Positions 40,399 through 50,076 of a stretch of DNA of 64,000 nucleotides are shown here, piece by piece. Under the pieces are notes generated by a model. It ran no database searches and had not been told where the DNA came from. It saw only the letters and a list, made by a program, of their open reading frames with translations. The stretch is taken from the NCBI GenBank assembly GCA_019058445.1, contig JAHPZA010000006.1:800001-864000 (forward strand), given 5' to 3'. Every line of letters begins with the position of its first letter. The stretch's first letter is position 1. The stretch is from Promethearchaeota archaeon. GTDB taxonomy: Archaea; Asgardarchaeota; Lokiarchaeia; Sigyniarchaeales; SOKP01. Position numbers and translations under genes: made by a program.

Positions 40399-41241
40399 AT
40401 GCCACAAATTCAAATTAGATGTCCCTCCTGTAACACGAATGGAATTATAGAGGTAGAGGATAATGCTTTAAAAAATGTTACACGGGGGCTTTTAGCAGTT
40501 TATGTAAAAGTAAATACAATCTGTGAGCACTCATTTATCACATATGTGGATAAAAATTTGAAAATCCGAGATTATTTTATAACTGATTTTCAAATTGAAA
40601 TCCCTGAAAAAATCCCATTTGAAAAAATTGAAGAACAGATTCCTGAATCTAAAATCATTAATTTAGATTTAATTAAACTTAATTTGCCTGCAATATTAAT
40701 TACATATGTTATAAAATCCATTTTTCTTAAGAGGAAAATTGTATTAATTTTTGAAGAGGAATTTCTATATAGCCATATTATAAATTTTTTTAAATATATA
40801 ACCCAAGATTTGTTTGAAATTAATATCTCTATAATCTCTAATGAAGAGTATAACGCAAATTCTAAAACATATAAAGACTTTATGGTGTTCGATGGGAATG
40901 AGATTATAAGAAATGTTAAAAAATCCATAAATCCGAAAAAATTAGCAGTAGAAAAACAAATCGTTTATAATTTTTTTTCTGAAGTTGATGGGGATTCGGC
41001 CCTAATTTTATTACGTAATGATATACAAAGGGCTTTTATGCTTTCAAAAGCTATTGTTGACATTATTCAAAATCAGAAAAGGGATGAAAAAATCAACATC
41101 TTAAAAATTTCAAAAGAATTGGAAGATACATATCAGATAAAACTAGATAGTAAGTATTTAAATCTTTTAATTGAAATTGTAAGATATTATTTTAAAATTG
41201 ATGTTCCTAATATATCTCAAAGTTTTCTTAACTCTATTTAA
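40399..41241 (+). CDS. Zn-ribbon soluble protein, paralog 4
   Basis: CPSC..RGLLAV..ICEHSF; NPKKLAVEK. Confidence 0.85.
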   Translation: MPQIQIRCPSCNTNGIIEVEDNALKNVTRGLLAVYVKVNTICEHSFITYVDKNLKIRDYFITDFQIEIPEKIPFEKIEEQIPESKIINLDLIKLNLPAILITYVIKSIFLKRKIVLIFEEEFLYSHIINFFKYITQDLFEINISIISNEEYNANSKTYKDFMVFDGNEIIRNVKKSINPKKLAVEKQIVYNFFSEVDGDSALILLRNDIQRAFMLSKAIVDIIQNQKRDEKINILKISKELEDTYQIKLDSKYLNLLIEIVRYYFKIDVPNISQSFLNSI

Positions 41242-41366
41242 ACTCTAATTTTTAAAAAGCTACTTAATTTTTTCAAAATTTATCGCGGATAAGAAGAATT
41301 TTATATAAAAGTTCTACAATGCATATATTAATTTCATTTAAATTTATTTCATGGTGATAGATTTTA

Positions 41367-42083
41367 ATGGTATTATGTCAAGTTACTACTGCTCGAATTA
41401 TTCAAGTATATTTAGGTTATGGATCGATTACAGCTTTTTTTCTCTATCTAGCTTATAAAACATTTAAACAAGAAAAAAAAAAGTTAAACCTTGTTTTTAG
41501 TCTTATGTATATATCTACTGCAATCGGAATCATCATAACATTTATTTATGCGCCTATTACAAATCCAGAAATAGCCACAACCATGCATTATATTGCAATT
41601 TATTTTATTATTCTAGCGCCAATCTTCCTCTTACTTTTTACATTAATCTTTTTAAAAACTGAGGAAGTTTTTACAACTAATAAACAGTTTGCTTTAATTA
41701 CGATTTATGCTTTACTCACAGCTATTATATTTCTCATCCCGAATGGAGTCGAGATTAATGAGAGTACTGGTTGGAATCCTCATTGGAGCTGGCCACTTTT
41801 TATTTATGTAGCAATATTATTAACTATGGTTTCTGATGGACCCTCATTATATTATTCATGGATGTTATATAAGAAATTTGATGATGATCAGCTAAAAAGA
41901 AAATGGAAATATGTTATTATAGGGATGAGTGAACTATATACCGTGCAATATGGAACATTTTTAGTACATGCAATTAATAATCCTACTTTACGTACAATAT
42001 TTGCTCCAATTTCATTGATATTATCAATTACTGGTGCTTATCTCATGTATTATGGGTATGCGAAGAGATTTAAACCTAAATAA
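41367..42083 (+). CDS. Stand-alone 7TM membrane protein, paralog B
   Basis: Seven TM segments, TGWNPHWSWPLFIYVAI, KRKWK..IIGMSEL. Confidence 0.85.
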   Translation: MVLCQVTTARIIQVYLGYGSITAFFLYLAYKTFKQEKKKLNLVFSLMYISTAIGIIITFIYAPITNPEIATTMHYIAIYFIILAPIFLLLFTLIFLKTEEVFTTNKQFALITIYALLTAIIFLIPNGVEINESTGWNPHWSWPLFIYVAILLTMVSDGPSLYYSWMLYKKFDDDQLKRKWKYVIIGMSELYTVQYGTFLVHAINNPTLRTIFAPISLILSITGAYLMYYGYAKRFKPK

Positions 42084-42235
42084 GATTAATCTTTTATTTA
42101 ATGATTTTTATAACTTTTTTTTTATGATTCATAATTATCTTCCTTTTTTCTTAAATAATCATAAAGAGTATGGAAAAAGTTTATATATCTCATATTTAAC
42201 TAAATATATAACATTAAAATTGAGGAGGATATTTA

Positions 42236-42976
42236 ATGGCTATTGAACTTACTTTAGAGGATTTTTTACAGGGAAGTTTAGCTTTCATTTTTATCTTAAT
42301 TTCTTTTATTGTAGCAATAAAATTATTGCTGAAATATTTTACACATAAGCAAAGTACGCTACTTTTCGCAGGATTGACATGGATTTTTATGGTATCCCCC
42401 TGGTTTAATACCGGTTTTAATTTCTTATATGTTTTTATAGCAGGAGTGTCAATGTCCGATCAATTATACTTCTTAATAGGTTATTTTTGGATTCCTTTTC
42501 CACTAGTGGCTTGGTTAGCTCTCTACACTGAATTTAAATACCAAAAATATCATAATAAGATAATCATCATTACCATTATTCAGGGTATAATTTATGAAAT
42601 TATCTTTTTTTACTATTTATTCACCGATATATCTGTAATAGCGACAAAGAAAGGTATCTTTAATGATGAGTTAACGACACCATTTCTTATCTATATATTA
42701 GTTATTTTAGTAATTGCAATAATCACAGGATTTTCATTCGGGTTTGAATCTTTTAAATCAACAAATCCAGAAATCAAATTGAAAGGAAAATTCATTTTAG
42801 CGGCTTGGCTCTCCTTCTTTATTGGAGCACTTTTAGATGCGGGACTATTTGCATTTACTACATTTCTTTTGATTCTTGCTAGATTAATTTTGATGTCAAG
42901 TGCTATTGAATTCTATTTTGGATTCTTCTTGCCAAGATGGGTTAAAAAATTATTGATTAAAGAAGAAAATGTCTAA
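42236..42976 (+). CDS. 7TM membrane protein, more divergent family
   Basis: Seven hydrophobic segments, SFKSTNPEIKLKGKF loop, C-terminal FYFGFFLPRWVKK. GAGGAGG RBS. Confidence 0.82.
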   Translation: MAIELTLEDFLQGSLAFIFILISFIVAIKLLLKYFTHKQSTLLFAGLTWIFMVSPWFNTGFNFLYVFIAGVSMSDQLYFLIGYFWIPFPLVAWLALYTEFKYQKYHNKIIIITIIQGIIYEIIFFYYLFTDISVIATKKGIFNDELTTPFLIYILVILVIAIITGFSFGFESFKSTNPEIKLKGKFILAAWLSFFIGALLDAGLFAFTTFLLILARLILMSSAIEFYFGFFLPRWVKKLLIKEENV

Positions 42977-43010
42977 TTCAATAATTGCAATTTTATTTGC
43001 TTTTAAAATA

Positions 43011-44390
43011 TTATTTTAATAATTTTTTTTCTTTTGCATCTAATTCTAGCCAATCACTAATAGTTTTGAGTTGCTTCCGTGAAGAATTGCATAAAATCCT
43101 TAAAAAGGGTAGGAACTCTTGTACTGCCTCTATTGATGATATTTCATATTTCGCATTTAACTTATCAATCATGCTTCTCTCGGCGCTTGTCAATGAATAT
43201 GATCCTGACGTGATATATCTTGGAAAAACAACTCGACGAAATCCTTTTGTTGGCGGACTTCTCTTACGAGATAAGGCAACTCCTCCAGCAAAAAGATCGT
43301 AAAAATAAGGTAATAAGGCCCAGTACTGATTTTTTCTGATCCTTCCGAAAATCTCGTCTGCTAATGATAGATTTTCATAAGCATTTGCGAGATCTTCATT
43401 AACATTCAAAAATGTGGGAAGATTTTCATTGACCCACTTGTACAAGAAATTATAATCTACGTCAGATTTATCAGTTAAATTACGCGCTTCCTCCAAAGTA
43501 TTAACTTTTTGGAATAAATCTCGAATTAGTGCAAAAATTTCTTCAGTACTATCTCTATGCAGATTTAAAATTAACTCCTTAATATCCATACTCACTGATC
43601 CTTGACTTATAGCTTGAAGATCATTGATTACCCCTCTTAAATCACCCATATTCTTCTTAATGATTAATTGTAAATCTTCTGGAGTAAGACTAGAAATATG
43701 TTCTCGTTTGAGAATATTCTGAGCAATCTTAAAAACCTCTTCATCTGGTAAAGGATGCACTTCGAATCTTCGTATATTCTTGTAAAGATTTTGAAGGCTT
43801 TGTTTGTATTCATTAGAACACATAATTATAGGGAACTGAGTGCTTCCAATGAGATCCACTATTGTGGGGACAGCTCCTCGATCTTTTGTTCCATAAATAC
43901 CATCTACCTCATCAATTAAGATTAATTTTTGTTTTGATTCGGTTATAAAATCCATAATTCCTCGAGATTTGACAGTCTCTTTTAATTTTTTTTCAAGAGT
44001 ATCTCGAGTCCGTGTATCAGAAGCATTTGTTTCAATAACATCCATATTTAAGTCATGAGCCAAAGCATATACAATGGAAGTTTTTCCTATACCCGGAGGG
44101 CCTTCTAATAAGACCGCTGTTTTTTCAGGAGGAAGCTTTATTTCTTCTTTTTGTTCTTTTTCTACGGCTGTTCTATTATAAGCTCTTATTTTTTTATTTT
44201 TCTCATTTATGCTCTTGATTTCTTTGAAAAAAGTTCGTATAAAATTCGTTAATTCTTCTGCCAAATCAACTCGGTGACCTTCTACTTTCGCAGAGGGTAA
44301 TGCCATTTCGTTCATGCTTTTTGGGCGGTATTTTTCAACCCAAGGCATCTCAACTGCTACTTTTGTAGGTTTTTTCGCTATTTCTCCCAC
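43011..44390 (-). CDS. rfcL: Replication factor C large subunit
   Basis: PWVEKYRPK, GPPGIGKT, IETNASDTR, LIDEVDG, GDLRGVINDLQ, WVNEN, ADEIFGRI. Confidence 0.92.
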   Translation of the reverse strand: MGEIAKKPTKVAVEMPWVEKYRPKSMNEMALPSAKVEGHRVDLAEELTNFIRTFFKEIKSINEKNKKIRAYNRTAVEKEQKEEIKLPPEKTAVLLEGPPGIGKTSIVYALAHDLNMDVIETNASDTRTRDTLEKKLKETVKSRGIMDFITESKQKLILIDEVDGIYGTKDRGAVPTIVDLIGSTQFPIIMCSNEYKQSLQNLYKNIRRFEVHPLPDEEVFKIAQNILKREHISSLTPEDLQLIIKKNMGDLRGVINDLQAISQGSVSMDIKELILNLHRDSTEEIFALIRDLFQKVNTLEEARNLTDKSDVDYNFLYKWVNENLPTFLNVNEDLANAYENLSLADEIFGRIRKNQYWALLPYFYDLFAGGVALSRKRSPPTKGFRRVVFPRYITSGSYSLTSAERSMIDKLNAKYEISSIEAVQEFLPFLRILCNSSRKQLKTISDWLELDAKEKKLLK

Positions 44391-44399
44391 CTGTTTTTA

Positions 44400-45446
44400 T
44401 TATAAATTTTCTGAAAAGAGGCATAGTTTAGATAAGAGCGCAGATATTTGAATATCATTGTCTATCCCATCAAGAGCTCTAAAATCGGCATCTGCGACAA
44501 AATTAAGTAATTTAACTCGAGCATATTTACTCAATGGTAATTTATTCAATTCCTCAAGTAATAACTTAAATAGCTCATGAGCATTATATTTATAATTAGA
44601 TATAATTTTTCTTGCTAATTCTCTTGCTTTTGGAAAATTACCATTTAATGTGAGTAGTAAAAGGCTCCTTATTATATCAATTTGAAATTTCTGAGCATTT
44701 TCGTATAGTTTTTCCAAACTTATACTGTTCCCACTTACGCTGCATAATTGCAATAAATCAATTGCTCGAGATATTTTTCCCTCAGAGAGTTTATAAAGAA
44801 CCTCTATGACAGGAACATCAATTTGTAAAGATTCTTGCTGTGAAATGCTTATTATCAACTCTTTAAATGATTGAAAATCCACTTGAGAGATTAAAAAAAT
44901 TTGGCATCGACTTACGATAGGATCTATTATACCTGAAATTTTAGTTGTAATTAAGATCATGCGACAATTTGTCCCATATATTTCCATTAGTCGTCTAAAT
45001 CCTTGTTGATTAGAACCTAATGCCTCAAAATTTTTAACGATCAAGATTTTAAATGGGACATCTCCTAAAACCTTAAGTTGTACAAATGGTTTGACTTTAA
45101 CTTTAAGAAAAGCAGGAGTAGTGATCCTCTTACCAGCTATACTTCCAATTTTACTTGTTGAGACATATGATCCCAATTTAGCCAAATTTCTTTCTTCTTC
45201 TGTTAAGGGTACATCAGCGTAAATTAATTTATAATTCGCAGTAAAATATCTTCCCAAAAACTCTTTAGAAAATAAGCTAGCAATAGTAGCTTTTCCGACA
45301 CCTTCGGATCCGACCATTAATAAGTGAGGAAAGTTTCTTTTTTTAATTATATTTTTTAAATTTTTGATAACTTCCTGTCTTCCACATATCTCATCTAAGC
45401 TTTTGGGTAAATATTTTATACGCCATATGGGAATCATTTCACTCAA
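44400..45446 (-). CDS. Divergent second RFC small subunit (degenerate ATPase)
   Basis: WRIKYLPK, Walker A GSEGVGKAT, Walker B replaced by IVKNFE, SRC finger retained, ADADFRA. Confidence 0.85.
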   Translation of the reverse strand: MSEMIPIWRIKYLPKSLDEICGRQEVIKNLKNIIKKRNFPHLLMVGSEGVGKATIASLFSKEFLGRYFTANYKLIYADVPLTEEERNLAKLGSYVSTSKIGSIAGKRITTPAFLKVKVKPFVQLKVLGDVPFKILIVKNFEALGSNQQGFRRLMEIYGTNCRMILITTKISGIIDPIVSRCQIFLISQVDFQSFKELIISISQQESLQIDVPVIEVLYKLSEGKISRAIDLLQLCSVSGNSISLEKLYENAQKFQIDIIRSLLLLTLNGNFPKARELARKIISNYKYNAHELFKLLLEELNKLPLSKYARVKLLNFVADADFRALDGIDNDIQISALLSKLCLFSENL

Positions 45447-45482
45447 GCTTTTACTATCACTTGTTATATTTTATCGTTTTTT

Positions 45483-46463
45483 CTATTTACTCATTTTGTT
45501 AATTATTTCTGCCATTAAAGCCAATATTTGAATATGCTCATCTGCTCCTTGACTGATTCTATAATCTATCTTTCCTAAAAAATTATACAAATAAATGATT
45601 TCTTTTTGTTCAATTTTCAGCTTCGGTAAAAGACCTATAATTTGTCTAATGAAATTTCTACTATCAAAATTTTCAACTTCTATTAAGATTTCTTTTGTGC
45701 GAATAAAATCCATTGCCAAAATAGCTTCAAATAAATCATTTAATGTTGGTTTATCTACAAAACCAGAAATCTTTAGGATTTCATTAATATCTAAGTTTTC
45801 TAATAATTCCAGTGCCACTGCACTTTGGAGAGTATTTATCGCTTTTCTTAAATCTCCACCAGAGATAAAAAAGAGCGTTTCAAAAAAATCTTCAGAGCTC
45901 TTACCTGGAATCTTCAATTTTTCTTGTTTTGTAATATATTTTAACCTTTCTATTATCATTTCTTTGGAAAGACTTACAAACCTAAAAACAGCACACCTAG
46001 ATATTATTGGATCGATAATACGATTAATGTAATTACACATCAAGATAAATTTTACTTGATTTGATGTTTTCTCAATGATTCTTCTTAAAGCTTGTTGTAC
46101 TTGGTTTGGGATATTATCAGCTTCATCTAAAATCACGATTTTCAAGGATTTTTCTCCAATAATCATATTCTGATTCACGAAATCCTTAATAACTCCCCGA
46201 ACATAACCCATTCTTACCGTATCCGACGCATTTAATTCTAAAAGATCTCTATAATAATGATCTCCCTTTAATAATGATTTTGCAATTATTAATGCGGTGC
46301 TTGTCTTTCCGGTCCCCGCTGGACCGGTAAAGATCATATGTGGCATATTACCGCTCATTACGAAGTCTTTTAGATTATTAATTACGATATTTTGACTTAC
46401 AATATCATCAAAATCTTTAGGTCGATATTTTTCAACCCAAGGTACGTCTAAATTGAGAGTCAT
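45483..46463 (-). CDS. rfcS: Replication factor C small subunit
   Basis: PWVEKYRP, GPAGTGKT, LELNASD, LDEAD, QQALRRIIE, PIISRC, GDLRKAINTLQ. Confidence 0.95.
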   Translation of the reverse strand: MTLNLDVPWVEKYRPKDFDDIVSQNIVINNLKDFVMSGNMPHMIFTGPAGTGKTSTALIIAKSLLKGDHYYRDLLELNASDTVRMGYVRGVIKDFVNQNMIIGEKSLKIVILDEADNIPNQVQQALRRIIEKTSNQVKFILMCNYINRIIDPIISRCAVFRFVSLSKEMIIERLKYITKQEKLKIPGKSSEDFFETLFFISGGDLRKAINTLQSAVALELLENLDINEILKISGFVDKPTLNDLFEAILAMDFIRTKEILIEVENFDSRNFIRQIIGLLPKLKIEQKEIIYLYNFLGKIDYRISQGADEHIQILALMAEIINKMSK

Positions 46464-46483
46464 ATTATTAATTCCTATTAAAT

Positions 46484-46954
46484 CTAATCATCATTAGGAT
46501 CATCTTTAGTAAGATCAAGTTCTAAAACTTCGTACACCTTCTTAAAGTGCATCTTTTCATATAATTTAGAGGCTTCTACAGCTTTATCTTTAATATTGAC
46601 TTTAATTTTTTCAACTTTAATTCTTTTTAGATGTTCAAGTGCTTTCTTTAAGAGAAGCTCTCCTACTCCTTGACCCCGATATTCGCTTTTTAAGTATAAT
46701 TGTTTAATATATCCTTCTGACATTCCAAAGGGATCAATTCTCAGTTCTGCAATAATCATACCGGCAACGTCATTATTATCTTCATTTACTGCTATTAAAA
46801 TCCCATGTCTTTGTAATGGATCATATAATCTTCTTTGAATTCCCCAATCGAAACGTTTTGGATCAAATTTTTGTCCTAGTCCCTCAACTAACTGTTTAGT
46901 AAATTCTCTTAAAGCATCAATCTCATCTGGAGAAGCAATTTCTACTTTAATCAA
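46484..46954 (-). CDS. GNAT-family N-acetyltransferase
   Basis: LYLKSEYRGQGVG acetyl-CoA motif; ASKLYEKMHF. Confidence 0.9.
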   Translation of the reverse strand: MIKVEIASPDEIDALREFTKQLVEGLGQKFDPKRFDWGIQRRLYDPLQRHGILIAVNEDNNDVAGMIIAELRIDPFGMSEGYIKQLYLKSEYRGQGVGELLLKKALEHLKRIKVEKIKVNIKDKAVEASKLYEKMHFKKVYEVLELDLTKDDPNDD

Positions 46955-47147
46955 TTTTAAATCAGCTTCAAATTCTTAAATAGTTTCAAATTTTATAAGA
47001 TAAATAAGTGATTTATATATTTTATTTATTTTAATTAATTAAAATTTTTTATTTATTTCAAAATAAATCATGTCTAACTTAATATTTTGACAAATTCTTG
47101 TTTAGAAAATAATTTATTAATTCTAAGAACGTAACTTTATATCAAAC

Positions 47148-48653
47148 ATGGATAAAATTAAAGAATCTAAATATTTAGCTATTGATCTAGGTGCTTCTTC
47201 AGGCAGAGTGATAGTCGGAACAATAGAAGAAAATAAATTAAAATTAGAAGAAATTTATCGTTTTCCAAATAGTAGTATTCAAATTGGTGAATCTCTTTAT
47301 TGGGATCTTTTGTCATTATTTAAAGAAATGAAAAATGCATTATTGAAATATGTAAAAAAATATGGAACGTCATTGGAATCAATAGGGGTTGATACATGGG
47401 GGGTAGACTTTGTACTTTTAGATGAAAACAATGAACTTATTGGGCCTATGCATCATTATAGAGACAAAAGAACTGTTGGAATGATAGAAGAAATGTGCAA
47501 GGTTGTTCCTAAGCAGGAAATTTTTAATCAAACAGGTATCCAATTTATGGAACTTAATAGCTCTACTCAAATTTACTCAATGGTTAAGAATAAATCGCCC
47601 CGCCTGAAAATTACTAAGATTTTTATGATGCTCCCCGACTATTTTAACTATCTGTTATCAGGTGTTATAGTTTCAGAATTCTCAGATGCTACAACAACTC
47701 AACTCTATAATCCTGTCAAGAAAGAATGGGCATATGATATAATTAAAAAATTGGGACTAAAACCAGAATGGTTTCAGAAAATCGTGCCTGGAGGTACGAT
47801 ATTAGGCTCCATACAAGATTATATTGCAGAAGAAGTAGGTTTAAATAAAAGGACGAAAATAATTGCCCCCCTCACACATGATACAGGATCAGCATATGCA
47901 GCAGTGCCGGTTGATATGAATGAATATGAAGAAGGTGAATTTGGTATTTTAAGTTCAGGTACTTGGAGTTTAATAGGGGTTGAGTTAAAAAATCCTATAA
48001 TTTCAGATAAAGCTTTAAGATATAATTATACGAATGAAGGCGGGATTAATGGAACGATTCGATTCTTAAAAAACATTACAGGAATGTGGTTAATTCAAGA
48101 ATGTAAGAAATTATGGGAAAAAGATAATCTTAGATTAACCTGGGATGATATTGAGCGTGAGGCTCAAAAAGAGGAGAGCTTCCAATTCTTCATTAATCCT
48201 GACGATCATACTTTTATGAATCCAAGTAACATGATAAATGCTATCAAAAATTACTGTAAAACTACAAATCAAAAAATACCTGAAACTATCGGACAACTTT
48301 CAAGACCAATTTTTGAATGTCTTGCATTCAGATATAGGGAAGCAATAGAAAATCTTGAAGATACTACTGGATACAAAATAAGAGTTCTTCATATTATAGG
48401 GGGAGGGAGTCAAAATGCGCTGTTAAATCAATTTACCGCTAATGTATTAAATATTCCGGTAAAAGCTGGACCAATAGAGGCTACAGCTATAGGTAATCTC
48501 CTCGTTCAAGCACTTTCCTTAGGAAAAATAAAAACTATTATTGAGTTAAGACAAATTGTAAGAAATTCATTTCCGATTATAGAGTTCACTCCTAAAGATG
48601 TAAATAGATGGAATGATGGATATAAAAAATACTTAAAAACCATCAAATCATAG
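47148..48653 (+). CDS. rhaB: Rhamnulokinase-like FGGY carbohydrate kinase
   Basis: AIDLGASSGR, GVDTWGVDF, YRDKRT, HDTGSA, SSGTWSL, TNEGG, LKNITGMWLIQEC, GGGSQN, GPIEATAIGN. Substrate not certain. Confidence 0.85.
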   Translation: MDKIKESKYLAIDLGASSGRVIVGTIEENKLKLEEIYRFPNSSIQIGESLYWDLLSLFKEMKNALLKYVKKYGTSLESIGVDTWGVDFVLLDENNELIGPMHHYRDKRTVGMIEEMCKVVPKQEIFNQTGIQFMELNSSTQIYSMVKNKSPRLKITKIFMMLPDYFNYLLSGVIVSEFSDATTTQLYNPVKKEWAYDIIKKLGLKPEWFQKIVPGGTILGSIQDYIAEEVGLNKRTKIIAPLTHDTGSAYAAVPVDMNEYEEGEFGILSSGTWSLIGVELKNPIISDKALRYNYTNEGGINGTIRFLKNITGMWLIQECKKLWEKDNLRLTWDDIEREAQKEESFQFFINPDDHTFMNPSNMINAIKNYCKTTNQKIPETIGQLSRPIFECLAFRYREAIENLEDTTGYKIRVLHIIGGGSQNALLNQFTANVLNIPVKAGPIEATAIGNLLVQALSLGKIKTIIELRQIVRNSFPIIEFTPKDVNRWNDGYKKYLKTIKS

Positions 48654-48762
48654 ATTTTTTTTTTAGAAATGTTGTTTTCAAACTGTTCTTAAGTATTATG
48701 ACTAACAACGCAAAAATAAATAATGAGATAAATTTATTGAAAAAAAGGTTTTATATTATCAA

Positions 48763-49032
48763 TTAACGTGCAGAAACTCCGTCCCAAGCCTTTACTTCGG
48801 GATCAACATGACCACAAGCGGGACATTGCTGATTTACTTCCCAAGCTTCTAGTGCTGGATGAACGCGAGTATAAAGCCCGCCACACTTCTCACAAACTAA
48901 AAATTTAGCTCCACACCCATCACACATTTCTAGTGTGCCATTTTCAACAAATCTAAAGGTCCTTTTCATCCACTCATCATTAACGATTCTAAAACTTTTT
49001 CCACCGCATTGCGTACATTCCTTTTCGACCAA
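48763..49032 (-). CDS. Small multi-Zn-ribbon protein
   Basis: Four CxxC motifs (CTQC, CDGC, CEKC, CPAC) in 89 aa. GAAGGT RBS. Confidence 0.8.
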   Translation of the reverse strand: MVEKECTQCGGKSFRIVNDEWMKRTFRFVENGTLEMCDGCGAKFLVCEKCGGLYTRVHPALEAWEVNQQCPACGHVDPEVKAWDGVSAR

Positions 49033-49190
49033 AATTATTTACCTTCTTTTTGCTGTTATAATTTATTTTTAATTAATTAGGGATTTGTATATGTAATAAA
49101 TTTTATTTTTAAAAATTTTTAGTTTTCAAATTATTTATGTATTGCTAACTAAAATTAACCTTTATAGAGGAATGATTAAAGTCAATCTTT

Positions 49191-49514
49191 TTACATTGTC
49201 AATTTTTTAGTTGAACCTGTTCCTTTTACTTCGGGATTTACTCGTTCGAGTTCTCCAATCAATTGATACACTTTATCGTCATTTAGAGCTTCGCCGAATT
49301 TTATCAACATTTCCTTACTTCCAACAAATAATCCCTTTCTTTTCATTGGTTTGCCGTCATCAGTTAAGGGATTTACTTCTAAATGTAATAATGCTGGTCT
49401 TGTTTTTGTCGCAGGAACTTTTACAACAAATACCCCTTCAACTGGAGTTTCCATTTTTTCCCAATCCTTCCCACTCTTTAGGTGTTCTTTTAATTGAGCT
49501 TGTATATCTGCCAC
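49191..49514 (-). CDS. Hypothetical protein, possible PC4-like nucleic-acid-binding fold
   Basis: Beta-rich core ending DDGKPMKRKGLFV, followed by helices. GGTGA RBS. Confidence 0.7.
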   Translation of the reverse strand: MADIQAQLKEHLKSGKDWEKMETPVEGVFVVKVPATKTRPALLHLEVNPLTDDGKPMKRKGLFVGSKEMLIKFGEALNDDKVYQLIGELERVNPEVKGTGSTKKLTM

Positions 49515-49718
49515 TTATTTCTCACCATAATTTTAATTATTATATTGTTTTATTTTTTACTGTAATTGTATTATATGTTACATATAAGATCTTATATATA
49601 TATTTTTTTAAAAATTATTTTTGTCGGAATTACTGGGGTCTTTTTCCACTGAAATCTTAAATATCACCTCCATATATATATTATTATCGAAATTTTTAAA
49701 GATCTGGTGAGTAAAGTT

Positions 49719-49940
49719 ATGAAATTAATATCTGTTAATTTGCCTGAAGCCTATATTAAAGTTTTAGAATTATTGGTATCCGAAGGAAAGTTTCCAAATC
49801 GATCTGAAGCAATTCGCGTAGCGATAAGAGATTTAATTAAAACAGAATATTTAATTGAAGAATCAGTTAAAAGAAATATCAGTCCTGCTTCAATAGAACA
49901 ACAGATAGAGCATGAAATTCAAGATAAAATATTAGTCTAA
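49719..49940 (+). CDS. Ribbon-helix-helix (CopG/Arc/MetJ) transcriptional regulator
   Basis: MKLISVNLPE..LELLVSEGKFPNRSEAIRVAIRDL. ATG 49719 follows GGTGA. Confidence 0.9.
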   Translation: MKLISVNLPEAYIKVLELLVSEGKFPNRSEAIRVAIRDLIKTEYLIEESVKRNISPASIEQQIEHEIQDKILV

Positions 49941-50076
49941 ATTTATTTTTTTTTTCCTATTTTTTAAGTTTCTTAAAATTTCTGTTCCATGCAAAATTTT
50001 AAATAAAATAAATTAAAAATTAGTAATCCTAAATTTGGTGGCCTTTTAATAATTTTTTAATTAAATCATAAGTTTA

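Noticed and set aside
39468-42083. 7TM proteins as rhodopsins
   Set aside because: No retinal-binding Lys in the middle of TM7 and no rhodopsin helix C motif.
42985-43302. 105-aa + strand ORF
   Set aside because: Almost wholly antisense to rfcL, with no recognisable features.
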